DNA of 64,000 nt, from NCBI GenBank assembly GCA_951813565.1, contig OX638351.1, forward strand, positions 544,001-608,000, written 5' to 3'. The DNA comes from an uncultured Poribacteria bacterium (GTDB lineage Bacteria; Poribacteria; WGA-4E; WGA-3G). Shown here piece by piece: positions 61,994 through 64,000 of this stretch. Positions within the stretch are counted from its first letter, which is position 1. Each line of letters starts with the position of its first letter. The position numbers were made by a program, and so were the translations under genes. Under the pieces are notes generated by a model that ran no database searches, was not told the origin of the DNA, and saw nothing but the letters and a program-made list of their open reading frames with translations.

Positions 61994-63490
61994 ATGAGTC
62001 AAGAAGAACAAAAAGATTCTGAAGAGGGTACGTCTGAGGACAAAAATAAGTCAATACCTGAAGATAAACTCTCTGTTACACACCATAGTGTCACGATTAA
62101 CGGCAAAGAACTCAATTATACTGCGACAACAGGCACGCTTGTTTTGAAGGCAGAAGACGAAAAAGAGGGTGAGAAACCGAAAGCCTCTATTTTTTTCGTT
62201 GCCTATACTTTAGACGATGTAGAGGATGCTTCCAAACGGCCGTTAACGTTTTCCTTCAACGGTGGTCCGGGGTCATCTTCAGTTTGGTTGCATTTAGGCG
62301 TGTTGGGGCCGCGTCGTGTCAAACCGGATGAGGATGGTAATCCACCTCAACCCCCGTATGACTTAACAAATAACGAGTTTTCCATTCTGGATAAGACTGA
62401 TTTGGTTTTTATAGACCCCGTGAGTACCGGTTTCAGTAGAGCAGTGCCCGGAGAAGAAGCGAAGCAGTTCCACGGTTTCCAGCGAGATATTGAATCAGTT
62501 GGTGATTTTATTCTACTTTATTTGGGGCGTTATAAGCGGTGGCGTTCACCTAAATTCCTCATCGGCGAAAGTTATGGTACAACACGTGCATGCGGCTTGT
62601 CTGGTTATCTTCAAGACCGAAACGGCACATATCTCAACGGTATCATGCTCGTATCTGTAGTTCTAAACTTCCAAACAATTCGGTTTGCAGTTGGTAACGA
62701 TTTACCCTATATCCTCTTTCTACCGACCTACACTGCCACAGCCTTTTGGCATAACAAACTTAGCGAGTTGGAAATTTCAAAAGAGGGTAGTCTTGAAAAG
62801 GTTTTAGATGAGGTCAGAGAATTCGCAATAGGCGATTACACTACTGCCTTGATGCAGGGTTCAGCCATATCAGACCGTAGAAGGCAAGCAATTGTTAAAA
62901 AGTTGGCAACGTATACCGGATTGACACCCGAATATATTGAAAAGACTGATATACGAATAAAAATTAACAGATTTTGTAAGGAACTGCTCCGAGAGGAAGG
63001 ACGAACAGTTGGACGTTTTGATAGCCGTTTCACTGGTATTGACCGCGATTCCGCGGGTGAGAATTATGAATATGATCCGAGTTCAGCAGTGATTCAAGGT
63101 GCTTACACTGCTACCTTAAACGATTATGTTCGTGGTGACCTTGAGTTTGAGAGCGATCTCCCGTATGAGATCCTAAGCGGACGCGTGCATCCGTGGGACT
63201 ATGGTAACCATCAGAACGAATACGTCAATGTCGCAGATACGCTTCGCAAGGCTATGACAACTAATCCTTCCTTGAAAGTTTATGTTGCAAGTGGTTACTA
63301 CGATTTGGCAACGCCATTTTTGGCGACAGAATACACATTTACGCATCTCGGTCTGGACAAATCATTGCAGGATAATATCACGATGGCTTACTACGGCGCT
63401 GGGCACATGATGTATATTGACATGGATGAACTGGAAAAGATGAAAGCGGATATGGATGCTTACCTTGACGCTACGCTTTCCGATTTATAA
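61994..63490 (+). CDS. Serine carboxypeptidase (peptidase S10)
   Basis: [37 protein letters not shown]; start ATG 61994. Confidence 0.93.
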   Translation: MSQEEQKDSEEGTSEDKNKSIPEDKLSVTHHSVTINGKELNYTATTGTLVLKAEDEKEGEKPKASIFFVAYTLDDVEDASKRPLTFSFNGGPGSSSVWLHLGVLGPRRVKPDEDGNPPQPPYDLTNNEFSILDKTDLVFIDPVSTGFSRAVPGEEAKQFHGFQRDIESVGDFILLYLGRYKRWRSPKFLIGESYGTTRACGLSGYLQDRNGTYLNGIMLVSVVLNFQTIRFAVGNDLPYILFLPTYTATAFWHNKLSELEISKEGSLEKVLDEVREFAIGDYTTALMQGSAISDRRRQAIVKKLATYTGLTPEYIEKTDIRIKINRFCKELLREEGRTVGRFDSRFTGIDRDSAGENYEYDPSSAVIQGAYTATLNDYVRGDLEFESDLPYEILSGRVHPWDYGNHQNEYVNVADTLRKAMTTNPSLKVYVASGYYDLATPFLATEYTFTHLGLDKSLQDNITMAYYGAGHMMYIDMDELEKMKADMDAYLDATLSDL

Positions 63491-63525
63491 TTGGTGTTGT
63501 TCTCCAAGAAATTTCAAAGGTAGGT

Positions 63526-64000
63526 ATGAGTTACCAGAGAGACTTTGAGAAAAGACTGAACGTAGCGGTCGTTGGCGTTGGTTCTCACGGCTATCGGAAT
63601 GTCTTGCCAACGATGACTTTTCTTCCTGTCCGCTTAAAAGCATTTTGCGATGTGAATATTGGTCGTGCAAGATCTACTGCTGAACAGTATGGTGTGAAGG
63701 CGTGTTATGACAACATGGGAGAGATGTTTCGGAACGAGGAATTGGATGCGATATTTTTGTGTGTTCCGCCAAGGCTCCATCCTGAACTGACGTGTGAGGC
63801 ATTGGACGCAGGTGTCCATGTATGGTTGGAAAAGCCTCCGGGCATGTTTGCATGTGAAGTTGAGGAGATGATTCGTCATCGCAAAGACCGCGTTGTGGTT
63901 GTCGGTTTCAAAAAGGCGTTCATGCCTGCCACACAGAAAATCATTGAGATCTTCAATACAGAAGAATACGGACCTTTACGAACGTTATTGGGTGTCTACC
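63526..64000 (+). CDS. Gfo/Idh/MocA family oxidoreductase (partial, runs off the window)
   Basis: Manual translation [25 protein letters not shown]...[15 protein letters not shown]...VWLEKPPG. Confidence 0.85.
   Translation, partial: MSYQRDFEKRLNVAVVGVGSHGYRNVLPTMTFLPVRLKAFCDVNIGRARSTAEQYGVKACYDNMGEMFRNEELDAIFLCVPPRLHPELTCEALDAGVHVWLEKPPGMFACEVEEMIRHRKDRVVVVGFKKAFMPATQKIIEIFNTEEYGPLRTLLGVY

Overview
64-kb bacterial chromosomal segment of moderate GC. It is probably from Candidatus Poribacteria: this is inferred from the BMC genes, the C-terminal 'AVEPSSKLTTTWAELK' motif, many acidic secreted proteins and dense REP-like repeats, and was not verified by search. Contents in order: (1) a small bacterial microcompartment satellite locus (BMC-H, PduL, flavoprotein-like); (2) an uncharacterised cell-envelope cluster (secreted proteins, Wzz-like protein, 1104-aa acidic putative outer-membrane protein with a structured leader, ExbB fusion, three ExbD-like genes, no TonB); (3) gltB and lpdA; (4) a ParA-ATPase/HEPN two-gene module; (5) a PfkB kinase, purB and a NAGPA-like protein; (6) an SBP-OmpA / vWA / SBP-OmpA triad with no ABC permease; (7) a secreted HExxH peptidase with a T9SS-like CTD; (8) a low-GC DUF1828-like gene pair; (9) a candidate 5'-truncated 6S-like RNA beside an internally deleted IS1595; (10) orphan HicB and a TIR-domain gene; (11) a tRNA-Ala-23S-5S unit with no linked 16S, driven by three tandem promoters; (12) a sigma-region-2-only gene; (13) full IS1595 and IS982 elements; (14) a Mn/Zn SBP, YceI, a giant YCF48-like propeller protein, oxidoreductases and an S10 peptidase. 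Intergenic DNA carries a Russian-doll system of about 33-bp palindromic micro-elements ending in GTTGATT, nested inside GTAG-type REPs, which are in turn nested inside MITEs. No CRISPR array was seen.
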